IMG/VR virus record: IMGVR_UViG_3300049173_000057
Location: 1 to 41,262 of that record
Strand: one strand, 5' to 3'
Source: a virus
Lineage: Duplodnaviria > Caudoviricetes
Length of the DNA: 41,262 nucleotides
In this document: in pieces, positions 25,973 to 36,006 of the stretch
Numbering within the stretch: the first letter of the stretch is position 1
Layout of the letters: each line of letters opens with the position of its first letter
Made by a program: the position numbers and the translations under genes
Notes under the pieces: model-generated
What the model was told of the DNA's origin: nothing
The model's database searches: none
Seen by the model: only the letters and a program-made list of their open reading frames with translations

Positions 25973-26359
25973 ATGGGCTACAAGGGCACACCCCGCGCGG
26001 TGCGGATCGTCTTCGCGGAAGGGCACGAGCACCACGGCGCCGAAGCACGAGCGCGCCGCATGTCCCTCGGCGAGTGGGAAGCCATCATCGAGAGCGACGA
26101 GGACAACGCACTCGCCGAGTTCGGCAAGCGACTCGTCTCCTGGAACCTCACGGACGACGACGACCAGCCCATCCCGGCGACCTCAGAGGGCCTGCGGCAG
26201 GTCGACACCAGCCTCGTCACCGCGCTGAAGACCGCGTGGCTCCAGTCGATTGTGGGGGTCCATGATGCGGACCCTTTGCCGCAGAGCTCGCCCTCTGGCG
26301 AGCCGTCCCCGGTGGAGTCCATCCCGATGGAAGCACTGTCACCGAGCCTGGCGAGCTGA
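25973..26359 (+). CDS. Tail assembly chaperone (gpG-like)
   Basis: LVSWNLTDDDDQPIPAT motif; precedes TMP. Confidence 0.85.
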   Translation: MGYKGTPRAVRIVFAEGHEHHGAEARARRMSLGEWEAIIESDEDNALAEFGKRLVSWNLTDDDDQPIPATSEGLRQVDTSLVTALKTAWLQSIVGVHDADPLPQSSPSGEPSPVESIPMEALSPSLAS

Positions 26360-26514
26360 CCCGAGCCCGGCACCTGCTCGGGCTTCTGGAGCGGTTCCCG
26401 GGCTACACGCTGACCTCCTTGCTGGAGGAAGACACAGAGCTGCTTCGCCTCGTCAATATCGAGCGGCTCGGCACACCTGACACACCGATCGAGGAAGGGG
26501 CCCCGGGTGGCTGA
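26272..26514 (+). CDS. Tail assembly chaperone -1 frameshift extension (gpT-like)
   Basis: C CCT TTG slippery heptamer at 26272-26278; -1 frame open to TGA 26514 (..LLERFPGYTLTSLLEEDTELLRL..). Confidence 0.75.
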   Translation, partial: PFAAELALWRAVPGGVHPDGSTVTEPGELTRARHLLGLLERFPGYTLTSLLEEDTELLRLVNIERLGTPDTPIEEGAPGG

Positions 26515-29500
26515 CGACGTCACAATCACCGTTCACGTCCGGGACCTCACCGGGCCTGGCTTCCAATCCGTCAACCGCAACCTCAACCAGCTGCAACGCC
26601 AGGCGTCGAGCATGGGCGGCTCGCTGCGCATCGTCGGCGGCCACCTCGACGACGTCGCCTCCTCGGCGGCCAACGCCAGCAGTTCACTGGGGGGCGGAGC
26701 GGGGCTGAAGGGCCAGGCCATCGGGGCGGCTGCAGTATTGGGCACGACGCTGCTGCCGACGATCGGGGCTCTGGCGCCGATACTCACGGGGCTTGCCGTC
26801 GTCGCTGGCGGCGGCGCCCTGGCGATGGACGACCTGAAGAAGAAGGCCAAGGAACTCAAGCCGGCCTTCGAGGACTGGAAGAAGGTCGCCGAGAAGGCCA
26901 TCGCCCCCCACACGGAGAAGGCCGTCCGCTCCCTGAAGGGGGCGATGAAGGACCTCACCCCGGTGATCGAGGTGGGTGCCGATACGTTCGGCCGGATCAC
27001 GGAGAAGGCCGCCAAGTTCGCCGACAGCCCCGCGTTCAAGGGCGCGCTCGCCAAGAACGCCGAGATGGGCTCCCGCTGGGTCGAGGAGTTCGCCGGCAGC
27101 ATCGGTACCTTCACGCAGGCGTTCCTCGACTTCGGCGCCAAGTCCCAGCCGGCGCTCGACGCGTGGGACAGCCTGCTTGGCGGATTCCTCGACACCGGGT
27201 TGCCGAAGATGTTCGACGGGCTGGAGCAGGGCATCAGCGGCTCGTCGGAGATGCTGGGCGGCTTGGCGTCGTTCATCAACGACGGGCTGCTTCCGGCCCT
27301 GGGTAAGGTCGCTGGCAGCTTCGCTGAGGCCTTCGGCCCGCTGATCGGGGAGATGCTCGAAGCCGCTGGTCAGAGCCTGAACGCCCTAGGCACAGCCTTT
27401 GAGATCGCCATGGAGACGGCGGAGCCTTTCGCCGGGCTGCTCGCGGACGCCTTCCGCGCCATGAACGAGGTCGTGCCGATCGCGACAGAGGTCATGGGCG
27501 TCTTCGCTAAGACGGTGGGTGGCGCCCTGTTCGATGCGCTGATGTCGGTGGTCGGCATCGACACGTCGCAGCTGGGCAACGGCTTCCGTGGCCTCTCGGA
27601 CTGGGTGACCGCGCACGAGGGGCAGATCCGGGGTGCGTTCTTTGCGATCGCGCAGGGCATCACCGACATGGTCACCATCGGTGTGAGTATGCTGCCGCAG
27701 CTCTGGGCCGCGTTCCGGCTGACTACGGAGGGCGTCCTGCTCGCCGTCGATGGACTCGTGTCGGGACTTGCTGCGGGGCTCGGTCACCTGCCCGGCGGCG
27801 AGATCTTCACCAAGATGAACGAGGACTTCGACAGGGTCGCGTCGGGGTTCCGGGACAACCTCGACACGATGGGTTCCGGGATCGACTCGTTCGTCGACGA
27901 GGCCATCCCGCGTCTCGGTCGCGCGAAGCTCACGATGAACGTGGAGCAGGCGAAGCAGAGCCTCAACAGCATCAAGGAGAAGCTGAAGGACCCGGCGCTG
28001 ACGGCGGAGCGGAAGGCGACGCTGAAGGCCGACAAGTCGCAGGCGGAGGCCGCGCTGCGGGACGCGCGCAGCAAGCTCGACGCGTACGACAAGAAGCAGG
28101 CCGAGGCCCGGATCACCGCCGACGCACGCTCGTTCTTCGGTACCGCGTCGAAGGTGAACGGCACTCGCTTCCCGGGGAAGAAGGTGTCGGTAGGCGCCAA
28201 CAGGAGCTTCTTCGACGCGGCCGTGCGCGCGATCAGCGGCAGCGTCGTCGGTACCGCGTACATCAACGTCGTCCAGCGCCGCGTCGAGTCGCAGAACCAG
28301 CGGAAGTTCAGTGCGAACGGCAACCTCTTCCGCACGTTCGCTGACGGCGGCGTAGAAGACCACACAGCGCAGATCGCCCCCGCGGGTGCCTGGCGGGTCT
28401 GGGCTGAGCCCGAGACCGGTGGCGAGGCGTACATCCCGCTCAACCCGTCGAAGCGGCCCCGGTCCCGGCAGATCGCCGAGGAGACGGTGGGCATCCTCGG
28501 CGGCTCGGTCAAGTGGTACGCGAAGGGCGGCGTCACCAAGGCGGAGAAGGCGGCCCGTAAGGACGCCTGGTCGGACCTCACCATCAGTCACTTCGGTCAC
28601 ATGGCTGGCTACCAGCGGTCGGAGTTCGGTTCGGCCCTCGGCAAGCCCGACAGCGTCAGCAGCCTGGTCAACGCCCTGAACCAGTGGCGTTCGACGATCC
28701 TGAAGGCGACACACGGCGGGCAGGAACGCTCCCTGCTCCGTGCCCTCGACTCCACCGGGAAGAAGCTCCTCAGCTGGGAGAAGCAACTCGGCAAGGTGTC
28801 CGCGTCGCTGGAGAAGGCCAAGGACAAGCTCGACAGCTTGAAGTCGGCTGCCGCGTCCCTGTCCGACTCGGTGAAGTCCGGCGTGCTGAACGCCTCCAAC
28901 ATCACCCGCGGCGGCTCCGGCGACACCCCGGTCACCGTCGCTTCGGTCATGGGCGGGCTCACCGCCAGTCGGGACAAGGCCACCGCGTTCGCGCAGGCCC
29001 TGAAAGACCTCAAGAGCAAGGGCCTGTCCAGCAGCCTGCTGCAGCAGATCGCGGAAGCCGGCCCTGACGGCGGGCTGGACACGGCGGGCGCGCTGCTGCA
29101 GGCGTCGTCGTCGGAGATTAGCTCGATGAACTCGCTGCAGTCGCAGATCAACTCGGCGGCTGGCTCGGCGGGGAAGACCACAGCGGATGCGGTGTTCGGG
29201 GCGGCGATCAAGGCGCAGCAGGCACAGGTGAAGAAGCTGACCGACTCGCAGGAGAAGCTCGCCCGGTCGATGGACAAGCTGGCCAAGGCCATGGAGAAGC
29301 AGATCGAGAAGGCGTTCAAGAAGAAGGCCAGCGGCGGAATCATCGGCGCCGCATCGGGTGGTCTGCGCTCCGGCTGGACGATGGTCGGCGAGCACGAGCC
29401 CGAGCTCGTCCGCCTGCCGTTCGGCAGCCGCGTGTACTCCGGGCCGGACACCCGCCGCATGCAGCAACAGGCCTGGGCCTCCATGCTCAACACCCCCCGC

Positions 29501-29677
29501 AGCGGCGGCGCCCGCTACGCGCCCACGACGGCTGCGACGACCGACGGTCAGCCGCTGGTCATTCAGGTGCGGATCGCGGACCGCGACTTCGGCGAGATCT
29601 GGGTGGACGCCGGCCGCAAGGCCGTGCGAGCTCGTGGGTCGATCGAGGCCACGCTCAAGCCGCCGCGCGGCAGGTAA
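26507..29677 (+). CDS. Tape measure protein
   Basis: 1056 aa Ala/Gly-rich helical protein; FADGG..WAEPETGGEAYIPL and VGEHEPELV motifs. Confidence 0.92.
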   Translation: MADDVTITVHVRDLTGPGFQSVNRNLNQLQRQASSMGGSLRIVGGHLDDVASSAANASSSLGGGAGLKGQAIGAAAVLGTTLLPTIGALAPILTGLAVVAGGGALAMDDLKKKAKELKPAFEDWKKVAEKAIAPHTEKAVRSLKGAMKDLTPVIEVGADTFGRITEKAAKFADSPAFKGALAKNAEMGSRWVEEFAGSIGTFTQAFLDFGAKSQPALDAWDSLLGGFLDTGLPKMFDGLEQGISGSSEMLGGLASFINDGLLPALGKVAGSFAEAFGPLIGEMLEAAGQSLNALGTAFEIAMETAEPFAGLLADAFRAMNEVVPIATEVMGVFAKTVGGALFDALMSVVGIDTSQLGNGFRGLSDWVTAHEGQIRGAFFAIAQGITDMVTIGVSMLPQLWAAFRLTTEGVLLAVDGLVSGLAAGLGHLPGGEIFTKMNEDFDRVASGFRDNLDTMGSGIDSFVDEAIPRLGRAKLTMNVEQAKQSLNSIKEKLKDPALTAERKATLKADKSQAEAALRDARSKLDAYDKKQAEARITADARSFFGTASKVNGTRFPGKKVSVGANRSFFDAAVRAISGSVVGTAYINVVQRRVESQNQRKFSANGNLFRTFADGGVEDHTAQIAPAGAWRVWAEPETGGEAYIPLNPSKRPRSRQIAEETVGILGGSVKWYAKGGVTKAEKAARKDAWSDLTISHFGHMAGYQRSEFGSALGKPDSVSSLVNALNQWRSTILKATHGGQERSLLRALDSTGKKLLSWEKQLGKVSASLEKAKDKLDSLKSAAASLSDSVKSGVLNASNITRGGSGDTPVTVASVMGGLTASRDKATAFAQALKDLKSKGLSSSLLQQIAEAGPDGGLDTAGALLQASSSEISSMNSLQSQINSAAGSAGKTTADAVFGAAIKAQQAQVKKLTDSQEKLARSMDKLAKAMEKQIEKAFKKKASGGIIGAASGGLRSGWTMVGEHEPELVRLPFGSRVYSGPDTRRMQQQAWASMLNTPRSGGARYAPTTAATTDGQPLVIQVRIADRDFGEIWVDAGRKAVRARGSIEATLKPPRGR

Positions 29678-29695
29678 CGAAGAGAGGACGGGATA

Positions 29696-30205
29696 GTGCC
29701 GTACATCGTGTGGAACGGGGCAGCGCCGACTACGGCGGCCCAGGCGAGCGTCACGACGGGGACGAGCATCAAGACGATGCTCCAGCTCGCGACGCCTTCG
29801 ACCCGGCAGATTCAGCTGCTGGAGTGGGGGTTCTCCCTGGACGACCCGCCCGGCGCCGATGGTGTCGTGGAGCTCCTGCAGACGGACGTGGCGGCGACCG
29901 TGACGGCGCACGCCTCGTCGGGCGTGCAGAACCTCGACCCCAACGGGGCCGCGTCCCTGCTGACGCTGGGCACGAGCGCGACCGGGTACACGGCGTCGGC
30001 TGAGGGCACGACGACGGCCAGCCGTGTCTTCGACACGGTGTCCCTGTCGTCGGTGTCCGGCGAGTCTGGGTTGCAGTACGTGCGGCAGTGGATGCCGGAC
30101 GCCCGGCCCATCGTCGCCGTGTCCCGCTTCCTGAGGGTCCGCGCGACCACACCGACCACGGCCACGGACATGCGCTGCTGGGTCGTGTTCCAGGAGGTGG
30201 GCTGA
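29696..30205 (+). CDS. Minor tail/virion protein
   Basis: Position after TMP; Thr-rich beta protein. Confidence 0.7.
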   Translation: MPYIVWNGAAPTTAAQASVTTGTSIKTMLQLATPSTRQIQLLEWGFSLDDPPGADGVVELLQTDVAATVTAHASSGVQNLDPNGAASLLTLGTSATGYTASAEGTTTASRVFDTVSLSSVSGESGLQYVRQWMPDARPIVAVSRFLRVRATTPTTATDMRCWVVFQEVG

Positions 30206-30208
30206 CCC

Positions 30209-33052
30209 ATGGCCATCGCCCCACTCGTCGCGGCGGTACGCCGCCGCCTCGCGAACCTGCCCGGCCCGGCACGCGCCCTGGGGGAGGCGCCGACCGATGA
30301 GCCCGTACAGGTGGAGCTGTTCATCGCGGGCGAGTGGGTCGACATCACCGCGGGCGGCTACGTCATGGTCCGCGACGACAGCGGCCAGATCCGCATCACC
30401 TACGGCATCCAGAGCGGCGAGGGCTCCCAGACAGACCGCGCTACGGCGGCGCTGCAGCTGAAGAACGGCGACGGCCGATTCTCCCCCCGCAACCCGTCCA
30501 GCCCGTACTACGGGCTCATCGGCCGCAACACCCCGATCCGCATCAACGTGCCCGACGGCAACGGCGGCAAGAGCTACCGCCTGTGGGGCGAGGTCGCCGA
30601 GTGGGAGCTGAACTGGGACACCACCGGCAACGACGTGTGGGTGGACGTCACCGTCTACGGCATCATGCAACGTCTCGCTCAGGGGCCGGCGCCGGAGCGA
30701 TCGCTGATCTACCGGGCGGTCACGGACCCGCTGCCGGCGAATGTCGTGGCGTATTGGCCGTGTGAGGACTCCAGCGGCGCGGTTCAGATTGCGTCGGCGG
30801 TCGCCAGCGGTAGCCCGATGGTGTTCACGGTTGCTCCGGAGCTCGCCGCCTCGACGCGTTTCGAGGCCAGCGACCCGCTGCCCATCTTCACCGGTGCCGC
30901 GATGTCGGGTGGTGTCGTGAAGTACGCCGATCCGTCGGCTACTCAGGTCCGCTTCCTGCTGTACATCCCCCCGGAGGGGACCAGTGACCGTAAGGTCATC
31001 GTCCGCGTCTCCTGCTTCGACGACATCACGGTCACGCAGGCGATGGAGTGGGAGCTCGTCTACAACACCGCGGGCCGGAACCTGAGCTTGCAGCTTATGG
31101 ACGGTGACGGCGCGAACTTCAACGACATCGCCGACACCATGGACGTACGCGGCAGGCTGCTGCGCGTATCGCTGGAGGCGCAGGAGACCGGCTCGAACAC
31201 GGGTTACACGCTGAGGCTCCTGGACTTGGTGTCGGGCGCGGTTAGCAGCGCGACGGGCACCCGGACCAGCGAGGGCCTCACCCGTGTCACCAAGGTCTCG
31301 CCGTTCGTGCCGTCGATCTCCGTCGTCGGCCCCAACAACAGCACCGGCCTGACCGGCGGCGTCATCGGGCACATCACCGTGCAGAACGAGGTCACCGCCA
31401 TCGACGACCTCGGCCCGAGGCTGAACCCGCTCGGCGAGACCGCCGGCCGCAGGATTCAGCGGTTGTGCGGCGAGGAGGGCATTCCCTTCGATTGGGTCGG
31501 GAGCCTCGACGACACGGTGGAGATGGGCGGGCAGGCCAAGCAGAACCCGCTGTCGCTGATGCAGGAGGCGTGCCTGGCCGACGGGGGGCTGCTGTACGAG
31601 ACGCGCTCGGTGCTCGGTCTCGGCTACCGCACGCGAGCGGACCTGTACAACCAGGACCCCGCCCTGGTCCTGTCGTACACGGGCTTCAACCTCGCGGCCG
31701 TCCCGGTGCCGGTCGAGGATGACCGGTACGTGCAGAACGTCCTCACGGTCACCGTCGGCGGCGTCAGCGCCACCTACGAAGAGACCGACGGCGCCCTCGG
31801 CGCCGAGACGATCGGTAAGTACGGCGAGACGTCCGGGCTCTCCCTCAACCTCGCAGCCAGCGACCTGGCCACCATCCGTGATCACGCCGCGTGGCGCGTC
31901 CACCTCGGCACGGTGGACGAGGAGCGCTTCCCCCGCATCAGCGTCAACCTCGCCCACCTCAGCATCACGCCCGAGATGAAGCGGGCGATCCTCGCCCTGC
32001 GCCTCGGCGACCGCATCCAGGTCACCAGCCCGCCCTCGTGGCTCGCACCCGACACCATCGACCAACTCGTCCTCGGCATCGAAGAGTCGATCACACGCTT
32101 CGAGCACCGGCTGTCGTTCATCTGCGCGCCGGCGTCGCCGTACACGGTGGGCTACCTGGACGACGAGGCGCGCATCGACACGGACGGATCTGAGCTCGTG
32201 TCGGACGTGGGTTCGGCGGACACGTCGCTGACGGTGGCGCCGTCTGCGGGTGAGGTCACGCTGTGGACGACGGACAGCGCCGACTGGCCGTTCGATGTCC
32301 GGGTGGGTGGCGAGGTCATGCGGGTGACCGCGGTCGCCGCCGCGGTGTCGGACACGTTCACCCGGTCCACGTCCAGCGGGTGGGGTACGGCTGATACGGG
32401 CCAGGCGTGGACGTCCACGGGCGGTTCAGCCTCCGACTACTCGACGAACGGCAGCCGGGGCTTGCACAGCGCGGGATCGGTGAACGTGTCCCGGTTCAGC
32501 GTCGTGCCGTCGCCGTCTGTTGACGTGGACGTACGGGTGAGCGTTGCGACGGCCGCGCTGGCGACGGGCGACTCGCAGTACGCGATGATCCTCGCCCGCT
32601 ACGCGGACGCCAACAACACCTACGGGGCCCGCGTGGACTTCCGCACGGACCAGACGCTCCGGCTCGTCATCCAGAAGCGCGTGGGCGGAGCGCAGAGCGA
32701 CCTGTCCACCACGACCGTCTCCGGAACGCACGCGGCCGGCACGTTCTTCACGATCCGGCTGCAGGTCAAGGGCGCGCGGCTCCGCGCGAAGGTCTGGGCG
32801 ACGGGCGAGGCCGAGCCGGACTGGCAGTCGACCGTGACCGACGGCGCGCTCAGCGCCGCAGGGTCCGTCGGTGTGCGGTCAGTGCTGGGCAGCGGCAACA
32901 CCAACACCCTGCCGCTGGTGTTCACCTACGACAACTTCCAGCTGACCGACCCGCAGACGCTCACGGTGACCCGCAGCGTCAACGGCGTCACCAAAGCCCA
33001 TGCGGCGGGCGCTGACGTGCGTCTCGCCACCCCTTGGATTCTTCCCCTGTAA
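30209..33052 (+). CDS. Large minor tail/baseplate protein with lectin-like domains
   Basis: WVDIT, LKNGDGRFSPRNPSSPYYGLIGRNTPIR, AYWPCED, ADGGLLYE, LGDRI. Confidence 0.85.
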   Translation: MAIAPLVAAVRRRLANLPGPARALGEAPTDEPVQVELFIAGEWVDITAGGYVMVRDDSGQIRITYGIQSGEGSQTDRATAALQLKNGDGRFSPRNPSSPYYGLIGRNTPIRINVPDGNGGKSYRLWGEVAEWELNWDTTGNDVWVDVTVYGIMQRLAQGPAPERSLIYRAVTDPLPANVVAYWPCEDSSGAVQIASAVASGSPMVFTVAPELAASTRFEASDPLPIFTGAAMSGGVVKYADPSATQVRFLLYIPPEGTSDRKVIVRVSCFDDITVTQAMEWELVYNTAGRNLSLQLMDGDGANFNDIADTMDVRGRLLRVSLEAQETGSNTGYTLRLLDLVSGAVSSATGTRTSEGLTRVTKVSPFVPSISVVGPNNSTGLTGGVIGHITVQNEVTAIDDLGPRLNPLGETAGRRIQRLCGEEGIPFDWVGSLDDTVEMGGQAKQNPLSLMQEACLADGGLLYETRSVLGLGYRTRADLYNQDPALVLSYTGFNLAAVPVPVEDDRYVQNVLTVTVGGVSATYEETDGALGAETIGKYGETSGLSLNLAASDLATIRDHAAWRVHLGTVDEERFPRISVNLAHLSITPEMKRAILALRLGDRIQVTSPPSWLAPDTIDQLVLGIEESITRFEHRLSFICAPASPYTVGYLDDEARIDTDGSELVSDVGSADTSLTVAPSAGEVTLWTTDSADWPFDVRVGGEVMRVTAVAAAVSDTFTRSTSSGWGTADTGQAWTSTGGSASDYSTNGSRGLHSAGSVNVSRFSVVPSPSVDVDVRVSVATAALATGDSQYAMILARYADANNTYGARVDFRTDQTLRLVIQKRVGGAQSDLSTTTVSGTHAAGTFFTIRLQVKGARLRAKVWATGEAEPDWQSTVTDGALSAAGSVGVRSVLGSGNTNTLPLVFTYDNFQLTDPQTLTVTRSVNGVTKAHAAGADVRLATPWILPL

Positions 33053-33062
33053 GGAGGGCAGC

Positions 33063-33581
33063 GTGGCCGAGTACTACCCCCAGCCGGCGGCCGGACAGCG
33101 CGCGACCGCGGCATTCATGCGCAGCATGCTGCCGCTGACGGCCCGCAAGACAGCTGACACGTCCCGGGCGGCGACAACGACGGCGACGGCCGATCCGCAC
33201 CTGACGTTCGAGGTGGAGGCGAACGCCGTGTACGTCTGGGATGGGTGGATCAAGTACTTCGCCGACCCGGCTGCGGACCTCCTCATCGACTTCACGGTCC
33301 CTTCCGGGGCGCTCGGCGAGTGGCACATGGCCGCAGCGGGATCCGGGACCGCGGCGTCCGGGACAACGGGCTACAGCCTCCGCATGGAGTCCAACGACGT
33401 CAGTCAGTCGCGCAACGCCTACGGCACCAGCGACGCGGACATGGGCGCCATCTTCCACGGCACCCTCCGCGTCGGCTCGACGGCCGGCACGTTCTCCCTG
33501 GACTGGGCGCAGGCCGCTTCGTCGGCGATCGCGGCTGTCCTCTACACCGACTCGTGGCTGCGCCTCCGGCGCATCGCTTAA
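33063..33581 (+). CDS. Minor tail protein
   Basis: AAGGAGG RBS; KTADTSR..DPHL..GTFSLDWAQ..SWLRLRRIA. Confidence 0.75.
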   Translation: MAEYYPQPAAGQRATAAFMRSMLPLTARKTADTSRAATTTATADPHLTFEVEANAVYVWDGWIKYFADPAADLLIDFTVPSGALGEWHMAAAGSGTAASGTTGYSLRMESNDVSQSRNAYGTSDADMGAIFHGTLRVGSTAGTFSLDWAQAASSAIAAVLYTDSWLRLRRIA

Positions 33582-33591
33582 GGAGACAACC

Positions 33592-33849
33592 ATGCCCAAC
33601 GTTGTGACTCGCCGGTATGAGTCGATGCAGTACGACGGGACGAACGGCACAGCGGTCGCGGAGTGGCTGGACGGCGCGTACAGCATCTCCAGCGACACGG
33701 GCGTCCAGCTGATGCTGCTCAGCTCGGAGGGCTCACGGAAGGTGATCCCCGCCGGGGGCTGGATGGTGCGGGACGCGTCGCACGAACTCGTCTGGTACGG
33801 CACCGCCGCCGCATACGCGGTCCAGTGGACCGAAACCCTGGGGAGCTGA
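33592..33849 (+). CDS. Small hypothetical protein
   Basis: AAGGAG RBS; QYDGTNG. Confidence 0.65.
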   Translation: MPNVVTRRYESMQYDGTNGTAVAEWLDGAYSISSDTGVQLMLLSSEGSRKVIPAGGWMVRDASHELVWYGTAAAYAVQWTETLGS

Positions 33850-33850
33850 C

Positions 33851-34585
33851 ATGGCCACACCACTGACCGCAGACCGCCTCGTTGCGGCGCTGCGCGCCGA
33901 AGGCGTCATCGTGCACGAGGTCCGCAGCTGGCGGACCCACAACCGCAACCACAAGGGGCCGTGGGGCCCGGTGAACGGCGTGATGATCCACCACACCGTC
34001 ACCTCCGGCACGGCCTCCTCCGTCGACCTCTGCTACAACGGGCACTCCGCCCTGCCCGGCCCGCTGTGCCACGGAGTCATCGACAAGAAGGGCGAGGTGT
34101 GGCTCGTCGGCAACGGCCGCACCAACCACGCCGGCTCCGGCGACGACGACGTCCTCAAGGCCGTCGTCAACGAGACCGCGCTGCCCACCGACAACGAGGC
34201 GAACACCGACGGCAACCGCCACTTCTACGGCTTCGAGTGCATCAACCTCGGCGACGGCAAGGACCCGTGGCCGGCCGTCCAGGTCGAGGGGATCGTTCGG
34301 GCGTCGGCGGCGATCTGCCGGGCGCACACTGCGGCCGGGTCGAAGTGGACGGCCGCTTCGGTGATCGGCCACAAGGAGTGGCAGCCGGGCAAGGTCGACC
34401 CGCGAGGGATCGCCGGGGACATGGACGGGCTCCGGAAGCGTGTGGACGAGCGGCTGAAGCACGCGGCGTCGTGGTCGCCGAGCACGGCGCCCGCCCCGGC
34501 CCCGAAGCCGACGCCCACCCCGAGTGTCGAGGACCGTTTGTCCTCGCTGGAGAAGCGCGTCAGCGCGCTGGAGAAGGAGTCCTGA
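33851..34585 (+). CDS. Endolysin, N-acetylmuramoyl-L-alanine amidase (Amidase_2 type)
   Basis: VMIHHT, LPGPLCH, NHAG, YGFEC, VIGHKEW..KVDP. Confidence 0.92.
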   Translation: MATPLTADRLVAALRAEGVIVHEVRSWRTHNRNHKGPWGPVNGVMIHHTVTSGTASSVDLCYNGHSALPGPLCHGVIDKKGEVWLVGNGRTNHAGSGDDDVLKAVVNETALPTDNEANTDGNRHFYGFECINLGDGKDPWPAVQVEGIVRASAAICRAHTAAGSKWTAASVIGHKEWQPGKVDPRGIAGDMDGLRKRVDERLKHAASWSPSTAPAPAPKPTPTPSVEDRLSSLEKRVSALEKES

Positions 34586-34587
34586 CT

Positions 34588-34896
34588 ATGAACCCGACCG
34601 ATGCGCAGCTGTGGGCCACGGGCCTCGGCTTCGTCCTCCCGCCCGTCATCGCGATCGTCAACCAGCCTCGCTGGTCGGGCGCCGTCCGCGGGCTGCTTAT
34701 GCTGGCCGTGGCCGCGCTTGTCGGCCTGGGCACGGCCTACTTCAACGGCGACTTCGACGGCAAGCCCGTCGTGACGTGCATGCTCCTCGCCGCGGTCGCG
34801 ATCGGCACCTCGTACTACGTGGTGTGGAAGCCGTCGGGGATAGCCCCCGGTATCGAGCGGGCCACGTCGACCCGCGCCGGATCGCAGGCGGCGTAA
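34588..34896 (+). CDS. Holin-like membrane protein
   Basis: About 3 TM helices directly after the endolysin. Confidence 0.75.
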   Translation: MNPTDAQLWATGLGFVLPPVIAIVNQPRWSGAVRGLLMLAVAALVGLGTAYFNGDFDGKPVVTCMLLAAVAIGTSYYVVWKPSGIAPGIERATSTRAGSQAA

Positions 34897-35310
34897 GTGC
34901 GGGCCGCGGTGACGCGCTGGTTCTCTGGCCGGCTTGGCCGCCGCGGCCCGTTTCTGTTGTTCATGGGCGTGGGGAAGGTCTGCTGGGGCGTCAGCCTCGT
35001 GGCGGAGCCCCCTGTGACGCAGGGGTTGGGACTTCTGACGCAGTTCGCTCCGCTGCATTGCTGGGCGTGGGTGTGGATCCTCGCAGGGGTCGGGACGTTC
35101 GCGTCGGCGTGGGTGCAGTTCGGCCGGGACCGGTGGGGGTTTGTGATCGCGTCGGTGCCGCCGACGTTGTGGGCCTTCGTCTACGGGTGGGCCGGTGTGG
35201 TGGGAGACTATTCCCGTGGCATGTGGGTGTTTGTGTGGTACATGACTTCGCACTGCGGGGTGATCTGGTGCGCCTCCCGGGTGCCGCCTGAGCTAGGGAG
35301 ACCCGAGTGA
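34897..35310 (+). CDS. Membrane protein (lysis cassette)
   Basis: About 4 TM helices; RLGRRG motif. Confidence 0.75.
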   Translation: MRAAVTRWFSGRLGRRGPFLLFMGVGKVCWGVSLVAEPPVTQGLGLLTQFAPLHCWAWVWILAGVGTFASAWVQFGRDRWGFVIASVPPTLWAFVYGWAGVVGDYSRGMWVFVWYMTSHCGVIWCASRVPPELGRPE

Positions 35311-35633
35311 ACGGTTTGGGCCTTGCTGGGGCGGTGGTCACGGTCATCGGTGTGATCGTGACGGGCTGGTTCACGTACCGGGGCGGCCGCGCGGCGGCCG
35401 CGATGCAGGCGGAGCCCAATCAACGGGCGGCTGACCTGGCCGCGTTCCGAGAGATCCGAGACGACATGCAGAAGGACATCGACGACCTCAAGGCAGAGGC
35501 CAAGTCCCTGCGGTCGCTGGTGCGCTCGTTCACGCTGTACGTAGGTGAGCTGACGGCGCAGATGCGCGGGGCCGGGCTGGAGCCTCCGGCGCCGCCGGAC
35601 CGACTGGACGAGTACAACCGAACTGGAGTCTGA
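35307..35633 (+). CDS. Membrane-anchored coiled-coil protein (lysis cassette)
   Basis: N-terminal TM, coiled coil, AGLEPPAPP. Confidence 0.75.
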   Translation: MNGLGLAGAVVTVIGVIVTGWFTYRGGRAAAAMQAEPNQRAADLAAFREIRDDMQKDIDDLKAEAKSLRSLVRSFTLYVGELTAQMRGAGLEPPAPPDRLDEYNRTGV

Positions 35634-35788
35634 CGGCTACCCTCTTCGTAGGGGCGTCCCGTGCGTGACTGCGCAGCACGCGCCCTCAAGAGCAGGGGAC
35701 TGGGGCCCCGGCGGCGGCCGGGCTTGAACGATCAGAGCTGTACTGCGCCCACCCCCTGTGGCTGTCCGACGGCGGGACCCGGACGGCA

Positions 35789-35968
35789 CTACGCGGCTTC
35801 GACGACCCGGGCCCGTACCGCCGCCGCCCACTCCACGCACAGCCGCTCGTACGCCGCACGGTCCTCCCCGACGAGCTGCACCCGCGGATCCGTCCACAGG
35901 GCGCGAATGTCCTCGTTGACCGCGTCAGCAGACCGCACGGAACCAGGCGTCACGGAATCGGGGGACAT
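35789..35968 (-). CDS. Small hypothetical protein (59 aa, not in ORF track)
   Basis: RSADAVNEDIRALW...AYERLCVEWAAAVR. Confidence 0.6.
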   Translation of the reverse strand: MSPDSVTPGSVRSADAVNEDIRALWTDPRVQLVGEDRAAYERLCVEWAAAVRARVVEAA

Positions 35969-36006
35969 GGATCAAGCGTACGCGGCCCAACCACCAGGCA
36001 CACCGA

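Noticed and set aside
27386-32107. 1573-aa minus-strand ORF and other long antisense ORFs (14773..16956, 18878..20635, 22220..23458)
   Set aside because: Shadow ORFs opposite well-supported phage genes, expected in high-GC DNA; no recognisable motifs
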